Below the pieces are notes generated by a model, which ran no database searches, was not told the origin of the DNA, and saw only the letters and a list, made by a program, of their open reading frames with translations. The translations under genes were made by a program, and so were the position numbers. From Octopus sinensis (lineage: Eukaryota), in NCBI RefSeq assembly GCF_006345805.1, contig NC_043019.1, forward strand, positions 868,001-932,000: a stretch of 64,000 nt of DNA. The letters run 5' to 3'. Position 1 is the stretch's first letter. Each line of letters opens with the position of its first letter. Positions 9,588 to 23,862 of the stretch are shown here, one piece after another.

Positions 9588-12499
9588 GTGTTCCTAAGCT
9601 CATAATATCCATGCGAGATATCTCGATTACTCGATTACCATTCACGCGATGTATTTATATTAAGTATGATACACAACGGGCTATTTTAATCTACTACTCT
9701 TTTTGTTACGTATAATGGATGTCTATATGCTTTTCTATATTTTATCATCCATTTTGTTTCATAAATTTTCCGGACAAGAAATGACAAAAAACCTTAAATC
9801 TTTAAGGCTGGCGATTTCCTGTCTTCTTTATTATATGTGTATATGTATATACACATATGTACATTGTGGACGTATGTATTTAAGACAAACCTCTGCTGAT
9901 GATTTATAGATGTTTATGTAAGTAAAATTACATATTACATTAGTAATGAAACAATTGTTCAGGGTCAATCTATTTATTCGTTATGTTTCACTTTCCTTCC
10001 GTTAAATGTAATGTTATTTCTAGTTGGAAACATCATTTCAGTGGCTATACTATCGGAGCTATTTTTAGCACTAGAGCTATCCACATAGTGGTAACTCTCT
10101 AACAATTTATATATATATATATGTATAAATATTTGTATCTGTGTCTATATATATGTATGTAGGTATATGTGTTTATGCGAGTATACAGGTATATGGTTCA
10201 TTTATATGCGTTCTGATATATTGCATTTTCCCCTTAGTTTATTCCATTGTTTACGTATATTTTGTTTCACACTAAAATGCTGGGATATTAAAAAGTCAAA
10301 AGTAGTTTAATAAGAAAGAGTAGCACATCGTAATGACATTTTTATTCATGCAGTGAGCTATAAGAAAAATCTCTAAATGGGATACATCAACAGCCTTTCT
10401 TCCGATATAAATCAGCTATTTGGCTTGAACTGATTTGACATTTTCACTTAAGAGAATGTTTTCAATTCCAGTTACATATTGATACACGTTATCTGATACT
10501 TAAGTCTATGAAGAAAGGAATTGCCATAGATTTTCTATACTAGCATTTGGTTCTGACATGTTTATTTTTGCTGAGATAAAACACCCAGGCCAATGACATT
10601 TTTCTTCCTCACTCCGATTAGTTAACACCGTCAGCTATCTCATATTCACTTTGCACATGAGATATAAGCAATCACCCGCTCTAAAATAGGTCTCAATCAT
10701 CCACAGTAATAAACGACACACAGCTTAGATTCTATGTAAAATTTCTACCTCTGAAACCGCTTCCCCCACCTACTGAATTTTTTCCTTATATTGGTTTTCT
10801 TTGCTTACTATCACTAAAAATGTTATCTCAAAACGAAAAAGCCTGTGTTTTGCGAACATTTTACGATTGTTTCCTTTTTCATTGCCCAGAACACTGCTTC
10901 TTTGAACTGCTGGAAATTCCTCACCACAATTCATATCAAAGCAGTATTCTTAAAAGCTTGTGAAGCCTTCAATTTTCAGGCAGTGAGGTTTGTAAGATGT
11001 GGTTCAGGTATTGTGGAATGGACGCAGTAGGACTTGATGAGTTCTGTTCGAAGGACAGGAAAAATAATGACAATGAACAGTTGTTTCCATACACATGGTA
11101 CTGAAATTAAACTGTCCTCCTCCGTATTGAAGGTGAACGAGAGTTAATTGGTGTGGAGGTAACTGTAAGATCTGAGAGCATATTCATTGCATGAATATTT
11201 GCAGCGATGTGGTGCGTGGATACTGAAGGTAACCCTGAATGAGAACTTGACCAAAGAAACAGAAAGGTTGGTTGATTTTAAGAAAAGGATGCCCGAGGTG
11301 AAGGGGAAATTTGGGTAACAGAAGCTATTGAAGACGTATAGAAGCTGGAATATGTATCTGAATAGGCGTGGAATAAAAAGGCAAAATGGATATTCTTTGC
11401 TGACCAAAACAGGCCTTCAGAACAAGATCTGTAAAATACTCTATTGACCAGATACCCGAGTCGCCTTTGTGCATAAAGTGTGTGCAGGAGTCCGAAGGTG
11501 AACACTATTACCAGTGGATGCTCACAATTAACGCAAAATGTTATAGACTTTTCGTCTACCAAATTAAGTCACAAATCCGTGGTTGACCGAGTGCTGTAGT
11601 AGAATACACTTGCACAAAGTACTCTCAATCACAGTAGTTCTTGTACCTAAACTCTGTGTGAGTGTTTACGTTTGTTGTCAAATCGAGTATTGTGTCCCAC
11701 TATGTCTCAATGTTAGCATTTCATCAAGCAGAATTCAATAAAATTAATGCCAGATTGAAATACGTACTGAGGTCAGTATGATCAATTAAAGTTTTGGATG
11801 TGATACTCCATGATGATGACAGCCGAAATAATAAACCCAGTAAAATAATGTTTGAAAACTTCATGGCTTCAAATTTAAGGTAATGGATTACTAACCACAA
11901 GATAATGAGTGCAAAACTTCGTATTAAAGTTCCACTCAAACGATAACACTATATGTACATCTCAGACTATTTGTTTTCCAACAATTAACAATTGTAATTT
12001 GAAGTTGAATGGTTAGAAGTAAGGGAAATGTCCAGATTTCCTAAAAAAATTATTGTGCAAACTATTATAAGAAAAAGTAATTTTTTCACCACAACTAAAC
12101 ACTCCCCCACCAATACACAGGTGTCACTGTGGTAACTGGAGCTGCTAAAAACAGCAGCCAGCCACATCTCTATCAGTACACACCTTTCCATCACAAAAAA
12201 GACACAGATTTACAGTATTTCAGGAAGAAAAACAAAGTATCCAGGTAGAGTGTTCTCCCATAGTTAAAGACCTCAAAATTGTGCGACCCGACCTTCTTTT
12301 CGAGGCTATTGTTGTAGTAAAAAAAGGTTGTGCAAAATACATACTTTATATGGTAGCCGAAATATTACCGAATCTTTTGATACCTCATACGCCAAAATCA
12401 ACAACTTAGTTTTCGAATCCATGCGGAATATACCAGGGCGATACACAACATCACACATACACACAAACTCTTGTATTATGTATTAAGGTAAGTTGTATA

Positions 12500-13300
12500 T
12501 ATTTGTAGGGATATTTTGCCGTACGTTGAAGTAGATGTTTCAATCAAGATGTTTTCTGGCGTTGTTTTTCTTGACAACAATACTTGACTGATTCACCTCT
12601 CTGCGTGTCTATGAATCTTTGTTAGATTACAATCTCTTTGGCAGTCTATGGGGAATTTTCTGATGTACACGATTATGTGCACGATACCTAGAGATACAAT
12701 TTTTATTTTGACAGACCGAGAAAATATGGTAGATTGCTTAACCCACCTCTGCATATTTTTCAGTTCTTGTATGTTTTTGATAGTTTGTTGTGAGAAACTT
12801 TTCATTCTCTAATGCCACTAAGAACGATTCTATCTCAGCTTTACCATGGCCATTTCTGAACCAATGCAGCTAAATTTTTTTGTACTTCTTTCTTGCCCAA
12901 TTTTCTCAAGTATTGTTCATCTAGGGACTTTTCGTGAGTTTTTTTAAAAGTTAATACAACGTATAATACCACGTTCTTGTATTCTTAAAACTTCTGTTAT
13001 TGGCACTCCTTTTTTCTTTAAAACTGTCGCTTCTCAGTACGTTTGCTTGGCTTCTATTTTCTTTATCTGCTAGTTTTTCTTGAAGACGTAAAAGGATTTT
13101 CTTTTATTTTAGTTAATGTATTTCAATGATTATATAAAGCAATACCTTAATCTCACTTATTCCAAGACGCAAGATGTTATTATTCTTAATTTTACACTGT
13201 TCAAAGTCACCTTGGAAGATTTCTATATTTCAAACCTCATACCTGTTTCAAAATGTTAGCTACACACAAAAAAAAAGAAAGATCCTAAGGTAAAATTTTT
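12500..13300 (-). mobile_element. Degraded R4/Dong-like (RLE) LINE relic
   Basis: My minus-strand translation gives AEIESFLVALENEKFLTTNYQKH, similar to the better-preserved copy at 46100-46190. Confidence 0.5.
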
Positions 13301-13459
13301 CATCGATATCAGAAGCTCTATGGAGATTGCATGCATTTCCAAGAAACACTAATTGCTGTTGATGTTCCATGTCCTTATTTACCCGTTCTTTTCAATCCAT
13401 TTTCTGAGCTCGGTACGTATACATCACAAGACTCAAATAAACATTATACATTATCATTA

Positions 13460-13867
13460 AAGCGGCGAGTTGGCAGAAACGTTAGCACGCCGGACGAAAT
13501 GCTTAGCGGTATTTGGTCTACCGTTACGTTCTGAGTTCAAATTCCACCGAGGTCAACTTTGCCTTTCATCCTTTCGGGGTCGATAAATTAAGTACCAGTT
13601 ATGCACTGGTGTCGATATAATCGACTTAATATGTTTTTCTGTCCTTGTTTGTCCTCTCTGTGTTTAGCCCCTTGTAGGTAGTAACGAAATAGGTATTTCG
13701 TCTGCCGTTACGTTCTGAGTTCAAATTCCGCCGAGGTTGACTTTGCTTTTCATCCTTTCGGGGTCGATAAATTAAGTACCAGTTACGCACTGGGATCGAT
13801 GTAATCCGTTGGTCTGTCCTTCTTTGTCCTCTCTGTGTTTAACTCTTTGTGGGTAGTAAAGAAATAG
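13460..13867 (+). mobile_element. SINE family A dimer
   Basis: One full monomer plus a headless second unit, joined at GAAATAG|GTATTTCG. Confidence 0.85.
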
Positions 13868-13869
13868 GC

Positions 13870-14990
13870 CATACATCATCATTTTCAATGACCTCGGTCT
13901 TTTTGTGTTTCTGTTCAAAGGATCGTTATATCCGATCCGCTATCCTTCTTTTTCTGACACTCTTTCATTACCAGAGTATGAAATATCTATGATTGAACAG
14001 GTTTTTTTTCCACCCCTTTTTCGCAGTCATTCTGCCTGACATCCAAACTTCAGTCCTATGATCACATTGGATCATTATACATCACTCTACCTCAATGTTG
14101 TAATTCTCAATTACCCTTTCTGGGTTTTGCCCACACCACGTCTTCGTTCTATACAAACCATACGTGCTACATATCTCGTAATGAATCATTCCTGTGTATT
14201 ATCAGCTCTTATTTTCTATTGGTCTTAGGCCTGTTGCGTGGATGCATTCAAAATATGACACGTGCACTTTCCTTATCAGTGCACAACAAGTATGTGTCTC
14301 TTGTATTGTTCATCCTGCATTTGCTGTAATTTATCCTAAGTGTTTGTTCCTGTACAGCTCAAATAATCGCTTGTATGGCTTCACTCTTTCGTAGCCAGTG
14401 CCGTGAAGGCGCATGGCTTAGTGGTTAGGGGCATTCGGCTCATGATCGCAAGGTCGTGAGTTCAATTGCCGGCGGCGAGTTGTGTCCTTGAACAAGACAC
14501 TTTATTTATGAGAAGTACCTGTTTTTCAAAGGGCCAGCCTTGTCACACTCTGTGTCACGCTGAATCTCCCCGAGAACTACGTTAAGGGTACACGTGTTTG
14601 TGAAGTGCTCAGCTGTTCCGTTGATCGTATCAGCTGGGACCCTCGTCGTCGCAACCGACATAGTGTTCTTATTAGCCAGTGCCATCATCCACAGGTATCT
14701 GCATTCCTGCTCTCCTCTATCGCAATCTACCTGCAGATCTTTTCCCGCATTTCATTTCCTTTCATCTGCTCTACTCTATTATTCTTTGTACTCCTGTGTC
14801 TCCATACAAGTATCAAACATGACCATACCATATATTCTGACCAGAAACACCAAAGCTTCGATAGAACTCTTGATATATCACCATATTTACTTATGAGAAA
14901 TTACAACTTCTACATGTGAATAGTTTTAATCGATTTCCCATCAAGTTTCTGTGATTTCTCTTTACTCCAGTTATTACCTGCACCATGCCC
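13870..14990 (-). mobile_element. Degraded R4/Dong-like LINE relic interrupted by a SINE
   Basis: Minus-strand translation includes IQCDHRTE and CSIIDISYSGNERVSEKE, resembling the RLE endonuclease region. Confidence 0.5.
14405..14660 (+). mobile_element. Chimeric SINE: a different tRNA-like head joined to family C tail 1
   Basis: Head GAAGGCGCATGGCTTAGTGGTTAGGG...GAGTTCAATT and GTGTCCTTGAACAAGACAC, followed by TTCAAAGGGCCAGCCTTGTCAC...CCCTCGTCGTCG, which is shared with the 21485 and 63202 copies. Confidence 0.7.
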
Positions 14991-15039
14991 CAATAATGCA
15001 ATCATAATAATAATGATATTATTATTATCATCATCATCA

Positions 15040-15099
<60 letters not shown>

Positions 15100-15104
<5 letters not shown>

Positions 15105-15400
15105 TAGTTTTATTTTTATAGCGTGCTTTCACTTCGCTACCGAGCGCAGCTCTGTGTGCCTTGGGTATGTGCTGTGATTTGTTGTGGGGCTCTGATGGTT
15201 ACTGTATTGGAAGTGTTTTGCGTAGGATGTGTGCAGTGCCCAGTAGTGCAATTTTCTGTATGTCATATGTGTTTGTAAGTCCTGGTGTTTTTGTTATGCA
15301 TTTGTCTGAATATTTTTTTATCGTGCCTAATGCACCTACTATGTTAGGAATTGTTTCTGTTTTTAGATTCCACATTCTAGTTACCTCTATTTCCAGGTCT
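15100..15400 (-). mobile_element. R4/Dong-like LINE 3' end terminating in (TAA)n
   Basis: Encodes QKIALLGTAHILRKTL on the minus strand. The 3' UTR ends ...ACTACTGAATAATAA. Confidence 0.8.
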
Positions 15401-15405
15401 TATTA

Positions 15406-15441
<36 letters not shown>

Positions 15442-15462
15442 TATTATTATTATTATTATTAT

Positions 15463-15512
<50 letters not shown>

Positions 15513-15523
15513 TATTATTATTA

Positions 15524-15563
<40 letters not shown>

Positions 15564-15952
15564 GGTGTTTGTGTTTTTTAGGCAATTGCATTTGATTACT
15601 GCCTCTATTAAGGATAGTCTTTTTACAACACAGGTTTTTGTTTACGCATTTTTCTGACAATTTTTTAATCATTTGCAACCCATTCTTTATTGTTCTAATT
15701 ATTTCGGTTCTCAGTTTTTGTTTTCTGACCTTTAATTTGTTAAAATAATTCGATTATTCTAAAGCTACCTTAATGTAGGTTAGTTCTGGTATAACTATCA
15801 GGAGATACGTCAGTTCCTGATTATCCCTCAAGCAATATTCTTTCGATTAGAAGTGATAAACATGTTACTGTCTATTCATTTACCTCTGGCTGCTTTTGCC
15901 AAGTCGTTTTCTGGTGTATGTTAACACTCTGTCTATAGAGTCACTAGTATAT

Positions 15953-16169
15953 TGTTGTGTCGACGCCCCCAGACGATGAAGTAGGCTAGCCCAATACGTA
16001 GATACAAAGGGAGAAGTCCAGACGTCGGGAGTTGAGTAGATGTCATCCGAACGTACTGTTATATCGCACGTTCCGATGACTTCTACTCAACTCTCGACGT
16101 CTAGACTTCTCCCTCTATATCTACGTATTGGGCTAGTCTACTTCATCGACTGGGGGCGTCGACAAAACA
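15953..16169. mobile_element. MITE-like ~217-bp fold-back element
   Basis: About 100-bp imperfect inverted arms with a 13-nt spacer, TGT...ACA ends and TA-rich flanks. Confidence 0.7.
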
Positions 16170-16371
16170 TATATAAAGCTGGAATAATATCTAGCGTATG
16201 AAATATCCGTCTCTGATAAATCTGGGAATGTTTCTTCGTGTGTGTTTCAGAGTGGGCAGTCAGAAAAATTGCGGAAAATTAATTCGTCTGAACTTCCATA
16301 GATCGTGCAGCTCAATAAATGTCGAATGCATGGGTTGATAATTTCAGTTGCGATATATATATATTGCAACA

Positions 16372-16604
16372 AGGCGGCGAGCTGGTAGAAACGTTAGCAC
16401 GCCGGGCGAAATTCGTAGCCGTATTTCGTCTGTCGTTACGTTCCGAGTTCAAATTCCGCCGAGGTCGACTTTGCCTTTCATCATTTCGGGGTCGATAAAT
16501 TAAGTACCAGTTACGCACTGGGGTCGATGTAGTCGACTTAATCCCTTTGTCTGTCCTTGTTTGTCCCCTCTGTGTTTAGCCCCTTGTGGGTAGTAAAGAA
16601 ATAT
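16372..16604 (+). mobile_element. SINE family A monomer with long TSD
   Basis: ATATATATATATTGCAACA appears at 16353-16371 and again ending at 16623. Confidence 0.88.
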
Positions 16605-16699
16605 ATATATATATATTGCAACATCCCTTAGAACAGTGAGTCCTACGACTATCAGCATTATATTGCATTAATTAATTATTAGCGGTTTGTTCACTTTTA

Positions 16700-17680
16700 C
16701 ACATTGTCAAAGCAGAGATTTACTATTTGTCATCGCTTATTGCAATCATTAAACAATTCATGTTTTCAGACACCTCCAATTTCTTTCCAATAATTTTGGC
16801 TATTTTCCAACATTCGGATCCATAGAGGAGGATGACACTAAGGATTTTGCTTTTGTAAAATCCTATTGTGGGGTTTTTGCTGAGTATTGATGATTTCCAT
16901 ATTAAGTTTAGTAGGAGTGGCCGTGTGATAAGTAGCTTGCTTACCAACCACATGGTTCCGGGTTCAGTTCCACTGCGCGGCACATTGAGCAAGTGTCCTC
17001 TACTATAGCCTCGGGCCGACCGAAGCCTTGTGAGTGGATTTGGTAGGCGGAAACTGAAAGAAGACTGTCGTATATATGTATATATATATATGTATATGTG
17101 TGTGTATATATGTTTGTGTGTCTGTTTGTCCCTCCAACATCGCTTGACAACCGATGCTAGTGTGTTTATGTCCCCGTAACTTAGCGGTTTGGCAAAAGAG
17201 ACCGATAGAATAAGTACTAGGCTTACAAAGAATAAGTCCTGGGGTCGATTTGCTCGACTAAAAGGTGGTGCTCTAGCATGGCCACAGTCAATTGGCTGAA
17301 ACAAAGGAAAGAGTATACGAAATGATTGCTTGGATTTGCTAATTCTTGTATTTATTTTAGGAATGCAATCTCCACCCACTGATACTTTGGTGATTTGATA
17401 GATAAACACGTCAACGATTGCCCATGGTGGGTCGTTAAAATCACATAGTCAGCATCTGTTATATGTTTACAAAGAATGTACATCGTGATCTCGTTGATTT
17501 TCAGACCTATGATGTTGCCTGTTTGACTGTTTCAGATTTGTTTTGTAACTCTTGAGGCGTGTATGAGAACAAACGAATGTCGACTGCATAATATAAATCT
17601 TCTAGTTGAGTTGTATTCCATTCTATACCTCGTTTATATTCTTCTGTCGTTCTTTGTATCAACCAATTCAGTGCCAATGA
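16700..17680 (-). mobile_element. RTE-clade LINE RT C-terminal relic, split by a SINE B insertion
   Basis: KINTRISKSKQSFRIL continues after the SINE as IWKSSILS...SVILLYGSECW, matching the RTE-type thumb motifs RIGKA and SVLLYGAETW. Confidence 0.7.
16913..17313 (+). mobile_element. SINE family B copy
   Basis: Matches the family B consensus over its length. Confidence 0.85.
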
Positions 17681-17691
17681 AAATAAAATTT

Positions 17692-17742
<51 letters not shown>

Positions 17743-18628
17743 AAGAAAATGAGATGACAAAGGAACAAACGGTAATCTTATGAATTTTATTAGCATATTT
17801 AAAGATGGATTTCTTGAAATGAAATTGGCAATTTTGAAAAATCTTTGAAGCAAAGAAGGATGTGTATGTAAGCGCTTCCGTAGTTCAGTATTTCAAACAG
17901 ACACGTTATAGCAAAGTCCTTATACAAGACGTTATTTATTTTTATATTTAAAATTTTTTTTGTAGTTTTGTTGGTTATTTCATGCTCAATTTTGGATTTA
18001 AGTTTCTTTGAAGTTTCCGTTTGCTCAAAAGGGTAGATATTCCTCACCTGGAATATTTCTGAGAGATAAAAACCTTTTTTAGTTGGACATACATTCGCAC
18101 ACGTTGAATTAAGTTTAATTCTGTTTGGCGGATGTAATTATCATTAGATTATGGGTATTTAATGCAGCAGAAAAAAACGTTTTCTTTCGCAGTTCAGGTT
18201 TACATTAATATTCAATTCCTTCCCATTCTTTTTGATTTTTCCTTCCAATTCTTTTTGATTTTCCTTCCCTTTCTTTTGGGCTTTCCCCTTTTCAATTATT
18301 TGACACGTGTCACATTGAAGAGTTACCTGTATTTTTGAGGGGTTTTTTTCGATGAAAATTTCGCCTTTATCTTTGATGCTTTGTCATCTTTCATTAGTCT
18401 CAGCCATTTGACTGTGGCTATGCTGGGACACCGCCTTGAACAAATCGACCCCGGTACTAGTTTTTTAAATCATAGTAATTCTTCAATCGGTCTGTTTTGC
18501 CGAAATGTAAGTTACGGGGACTTAAACATAACAACACCGGTTGTCAAGCGCGGGTGAGTGAGAAACACAGATACAAAGATATATATATGTATACACACAC
18601 ATGCATATGTATATATGTATATGCATAT

Positions 18629-18727
<99 letters not shown>

Positions 18728-18993
18728 TTATATATATACATGTATATATATATGCATATATATGTATATAAGTATATATATTTAGGTATATATTTTCATG
18801 TGTATATATATGTGTGTATGTGTTTGTGTGTATGTATATTTCAGCATGAGAGTTTAAGATAAGTGCTTTATCGTGACTAAGAGTTGTTTTCACTCTTATG
18901 TCTAGCAATACTGGTGCTAACTAGTACCCTTAGTCACTTTAATGGCGTCTATAGTTCTGCTTTTCGTTTTCTATATTGTGAATAAGCCACCTT

Positions 18994-19053
<60 letters not shown>

Positions 19054-19421
19054 CGACATGCTTCTTTTTATTTCCGTCTATCAAATCCATTCATAAGACT
19101 TTGCGCAGCCAGAGAATATAGTGGAAGTCACTTGCCCAAGTTGCCTTGCAGTGAGACTGAACCCAGAAAAAAATGTGGTTGGGAAGCAATCTTGTTACCA
19201 CGCTGCCACGCCTGCTCCTTTATAAGCAATATTTTATAATTTAGTGGTTGCCATCGAGTTATGATAATTTATCATTTCGTGATTGATGTTCAATTGGAAA
19301 GCAACCTTTAGCGGAATATGTGACGTTACAGCTTCTCGGCGTACATAGACAATGCGTGTGAGTGTGTGCGCACGCGTGTGAGTGTCTGCCTGTCTGAGTG
19401 TGTATATATATATGGTGTATG

Positions 19422-19456
<35 letters not shown>

Positions 19457-19475
19457 GGTGTATGTATTTATATAT

Positions 19476-19512
<37 letters not shown>

Positions 19513-19585
19513 TATATATATATATATATGTATAGTATATATATATAGGGAGAGAGAGAGATCTATGTATGTGTATGTATATATA

Positions 19586-19630
<45 letters not shown>

Positions 19631-19739
19631 CATATATACATATATATACATATATTTATATGTATATATTTACATATATACATATACATAGATATGCATA
19701 CATATACATAGACGCACATATAATATATATAAGTATATG

Positions 19740-19786
<47 letters not shown>

Positions 19787-20234
19787 ATTAGAGACGCAAA
19801 TGAAGCTAACACTGTAAAAAGAAAACTCATCGCAATTATGCACCATGTTAGAATGCTTAAGCAAATGACAATGAAGATTATAAATATATCGACAGGTGAT
19901 TAGTTCCATTGTGTCACGTTGAATTTATTACAGTTCAATAATGCAGAAATAGATCAATTCACAAAAGCTTACACATAAATATAATAGGAAGAAATGAAAA
20001 GATCATGTCTTAATAAAATTGATTTCATAGAATGTAATTTATATATATTCATATGCCATCTAAAACATGTAAGCCGTTATTGTATTATTGTATTATTGTA
20101 TGTGCAAATGAAATATTTCATCATATAACATTACATAAAAACAAAAACATGAACATTCGCATAGACAAACATACACCGGTACAAAAAACACACACTCGGT
20201 GATACATGCATACATTACACAGACACACACATAT

Positions 20235-20266
<32 letters not shown>

Positions 20267-20456
20267 CATACATTATATATATACATATAGCAGTTCGGCA
20301 AAAGAGACCGATAGAATAAGTACTGGGCTTACAAAGAATAAGTCACGGGATCGACTTGCTCGACTAAAGGCGGTGCTCCAGCATGACCGCAGTATAATGA
20401 TTGAAACAGGTAAAAAAAAAAGAAAAGAAAAGATATACATACATATATACATATAC

Positions 20457-20492
<36 letters not shown>

Positions 20493-20776
20493 GCGCAATG
20501 GACCAGTTTCTTCGCGTTGTTGTGTTTTCTCTTTGTTCATTCTTGAATTAACTACTTATACACATACTTACATTGAAATGTAATATTTATACATACAGTA
20601 GATTCATTATACGGCTTCTAGTTTTATTTGCCTGTGAATATTTGGCATGACGTTGGAAATAAAATATGCTATATTCTAGCCGGTGGTATTACAAAAGGTT
20701 ATGAAAAATATTTATACACACGCGAATATATCAGAACGGTATCGAAGACCTCAGGACATATGATTTCTCACTAATA

Positions 20777-21155
20777 CTCTTTTACTTGTTTCAGTCATTT
20801 TGACTGGGGCCATGCTGGAGCACCGCCTTTAGTCGAGCAAATGGACCCCAGGACTTATTCTTTGTAAGCCTAGTACTTATTCTATCGGTCTCTTTTGCCG
20901 AACCGCTAAGTTAGGTGGGACAACCACCATCGGTTGTCAAGCGATGTTGGGGGGACAAACACAGACACACAAACACACACACACAAACACAGATATATAT
21001 ACACATATATACGACGAGCTTCTTTCAGTTGCTGTCTACCAAATCCACTCACAAGGCTTTGGTCGGCCCTAGGCTATAGTAGAAGACACCTACTCTAGGT
21101 GCCACGCAGTGGGACTGAACCCAGAACCATGTGATTGGTAAGTAAGCTACTTACC
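20777..21155 (-). mobile_element. SINE family B copy
   Basis: Reverse complement of the family B consensus. Confidence 0.85.
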
Positions 21156-21484
21156 TTGTTTCACGACACGTGAAAAACAAATAAATAACGACATAGCAAA
21201 TTTGTTTTGTATTTGATCGAAGTTCTATGATTGCAATGACACATGCGTCTGCATTTTTTAGATTTCTTGAGTTTAATAATAATTTGAAAATATAAAATGA
21301 AACTATAAAAGAAAAGATAAATCAGCGAACATTTGAGTTGTAGTATGACAAGAATTATTATTAGTTTCTTTTTTTTTGGTTTTTTGAAAGAATCTACATA
21401 AAATTGTAATATACAAATTTATATACAATCGCAATTGTTTGGTAGTCACCATTCTGTTTGCTCTAGTATTTTAGCAACAGCAGT

Positions 21485-21870
21485 GGTGGAAGCACTCCGT
21501 CGGTAACGACGACGAGGGTTCTGGTTGATCCGATCAACAGAACAGCCTGGTCGTGAAATTAACGTGCAAGTGGCTGAGCACTCCACAGACACGTGTACCC
21601 TTAACGTAGTTCTCGGGGATATTCAGCGTGACACAGAGAGTGACAAGGCCGGCCCTTTGAAATACAGGTACAACAGAAACAGGAAGTAAGAGTGAGAGAA
21701 AGTTGTGGTGAAAGAGTACAGCAGGGATCACCACCATCCCCTGCCGGAGCCTCGTGGAGCTTTAGGTATTTTCGCTCAATAAACACTCACAACGCCCGGT
21801 CTGGGAATCGAAACCGCGATCCTATGACCGCGAGTCCGCTGCCCTAACCACTGGGCCATTGCGCCTCCTA
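21485..21870 (-). mobile_element. SINE family C (tail 1), full length, 12-bp TSD
   Basis: AGCAACAGCAGT is duplicated at 21473-21484 and 21871-21882. The head is tRNA-like: GGAGGCGCAATGGCCCAGTGG...GGTTTCGATTCC. Confidence 0.9.
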
Positions 21871-22225
21871 AGCAACAGCAGTAAGCACGAAAGTAAACGT
21901 ATGAGTAAGGGTGTTAAGTTCCGAATGTCTTAGCATGAACATGGTGTAACGAAGCAATGATTATACATTGATGTTGTTCACCTATATTTTGTTTTCAACG
22001 GGCGAGAGCTTGTAGTTTATTAACAGGGCATAGTACTGGTAGCAAAATGAGATACGTCATTCTGGTATTAAAGGATACTGAACATTTTTGCTATATATAA
22101 AATTATGCGTGAAGAAAGTTACGAGTTCGTGGTAAGTATTTTTTTAATACTCATTAAAAAATATTAATTATCCGCAACTCTTGCACACACCCTACGCCGG
22201 AAAACATTTTCCCACAACAAATATA

Positions 22226-22657
22226 AGGCGCAGGAGTGGCCGTGTGGTAAGTGTAGGCGCAGGAGTGGCTGTGAGGTAAGTAGCTTGCTAACCAACCACA
22301 TGGTTCCGGGTTCAGTCCCAATGTGTGGCATCTTGGGCAAGTGTCTTCTGCTATAGCCCCGGGCAGACCAATGCCTTGTGAGTGGATTTGGTAGACGGAA
22401 ACTGAAAGAAGCCTGTCGTATATATATATATGTGTGTGTGTTTGTGTGTCTGTGTTTATCCCCCTAGCATTGCTTGACAACCGATGCTGGTGTGTTTACG
22501 TCCCCGTCACTTAGCGGTTCGGAAAAAAGAGACCGATAGAATAAGTACTAGGCTTACAAAGAATAAGTCCCGGGGTCGATTTGATCGACTAAAGGCGGTG
22601 CTCCAGCATGGCCGCAGTCAAATGACTGAAACAAGTAAAAGAGTAAAGAGTAAAGAG
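22226..22657 (+). mobile_element. SINE family B copy with a duplicated 5' head
   Basis: AGGCGCAGGAGTGGC..GTG.GGTAAG occurs twice, at 22226 and about 22256. Confidence 0.88.
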
Positions 22658-23862
22658 TATATATATATATATATATGATTAATTAATAAGGGTGAGAGAA
22701 TTAGATACTAATTTAATAGTATATCTATTCAGAGTGAGCCATATAGTGACCACTCTCTTATATTTATTTTATATATATATATGAATATTTATTACATTGT
22801 TCCCAGTGGTCAAACTGTCCATATTTTGTCGACTTCAAGAAGCTGTAATGCAAAATCAAATCAACCACAACCGAGATTCATCGTGAAGTAGGATTGACTC
22901 CCTAGCTTTGTTGATGATTCTGATAGCAATAAATATAATCGTGGTGAATCATCTACAAAATTTACGTCATCCAGGAAGAGATATTTCGATACTGAACGTG
23001 ATACATCCATGATATCTAACTCGTTGAAGTAACACAATGCCTTATTCTCAATGCCACGGAAATAGTATATTACTACGTCACTGTATTGCCTTTGAACCAA
23101 GCTTCTTGCACTTCTGCATCGTAATTATTGGTATAAAAATACGTCTACTAAATAACTACCTCAATGTTGGAAAGTATGATTGGGCTTCTCCTAGGACTTG
23201 AAGGAAAGAAAATCTTGTATTTTATTGAGCGAGATAAAGAGATGGATCGAAGTGGTTCACATGATATATCTTTCTATTTGTTGTAGCGCGCTTAACTCTT
23301 TCAATTTTGTTCCTATCACCGTATATTAAGTTGTTGGCGTTCTTTTATGTTTTCTTAATTGTGTTTGTATATTTGTAGGGCGACTTTTCCGCGGGGATGT
23401 GTTTGGTTCATATTTGTTCCTGAGAATATGTACCATAAGTGGTACTTCATTATGGTTCGTGAAACAGTTTAAAGATTCGAAAAAAGCTTAAAATGAAATT
23501 AAAACGATTCCAAAATCTTAGATTACATATGTAATTCCTATATATCTTTTATTTATTACTTGCTTCAGACAACAGACAGCAGTCGGCAGTCAAGCATGCT
23601 GGGGCAGTCTTGAAGAGTATATAATCGAATATATCAAATCCAGTACTTTTTTTTATTTAAAACATGCTACTTATCTTATTGATCTCTTTTACCGGACCGC
23701 TAGCTTACGGGGACATAAACACACAAGCACCACATTGTTGTCAAGCGTTGGAGCGGGTACAAACAGAGACAAACAAACCCACGTAGTTGGGAAGCAAGCC
23801 TCATACCACACAGCCACAACTGTCCTGTGCTCATATATGTATATATATATATACATATATAT

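Noticed and set aside
10780-11560. Possible PLE RT N-terminal relic
   Set aside because: Only a vague NLT..L.AL..L-like resemblance with stops, too weak to call.
16723-17409. 228-aa ORF as a gene
   Set aside because: Chance read-through of an RTE LINE relic and an inserted SINE.
21790-21870. tRNA gene
   Set aside because: The A/B boxes belong to a SINE head that continues into a repeat body with TSDs. No convincing cloverleaf is present.
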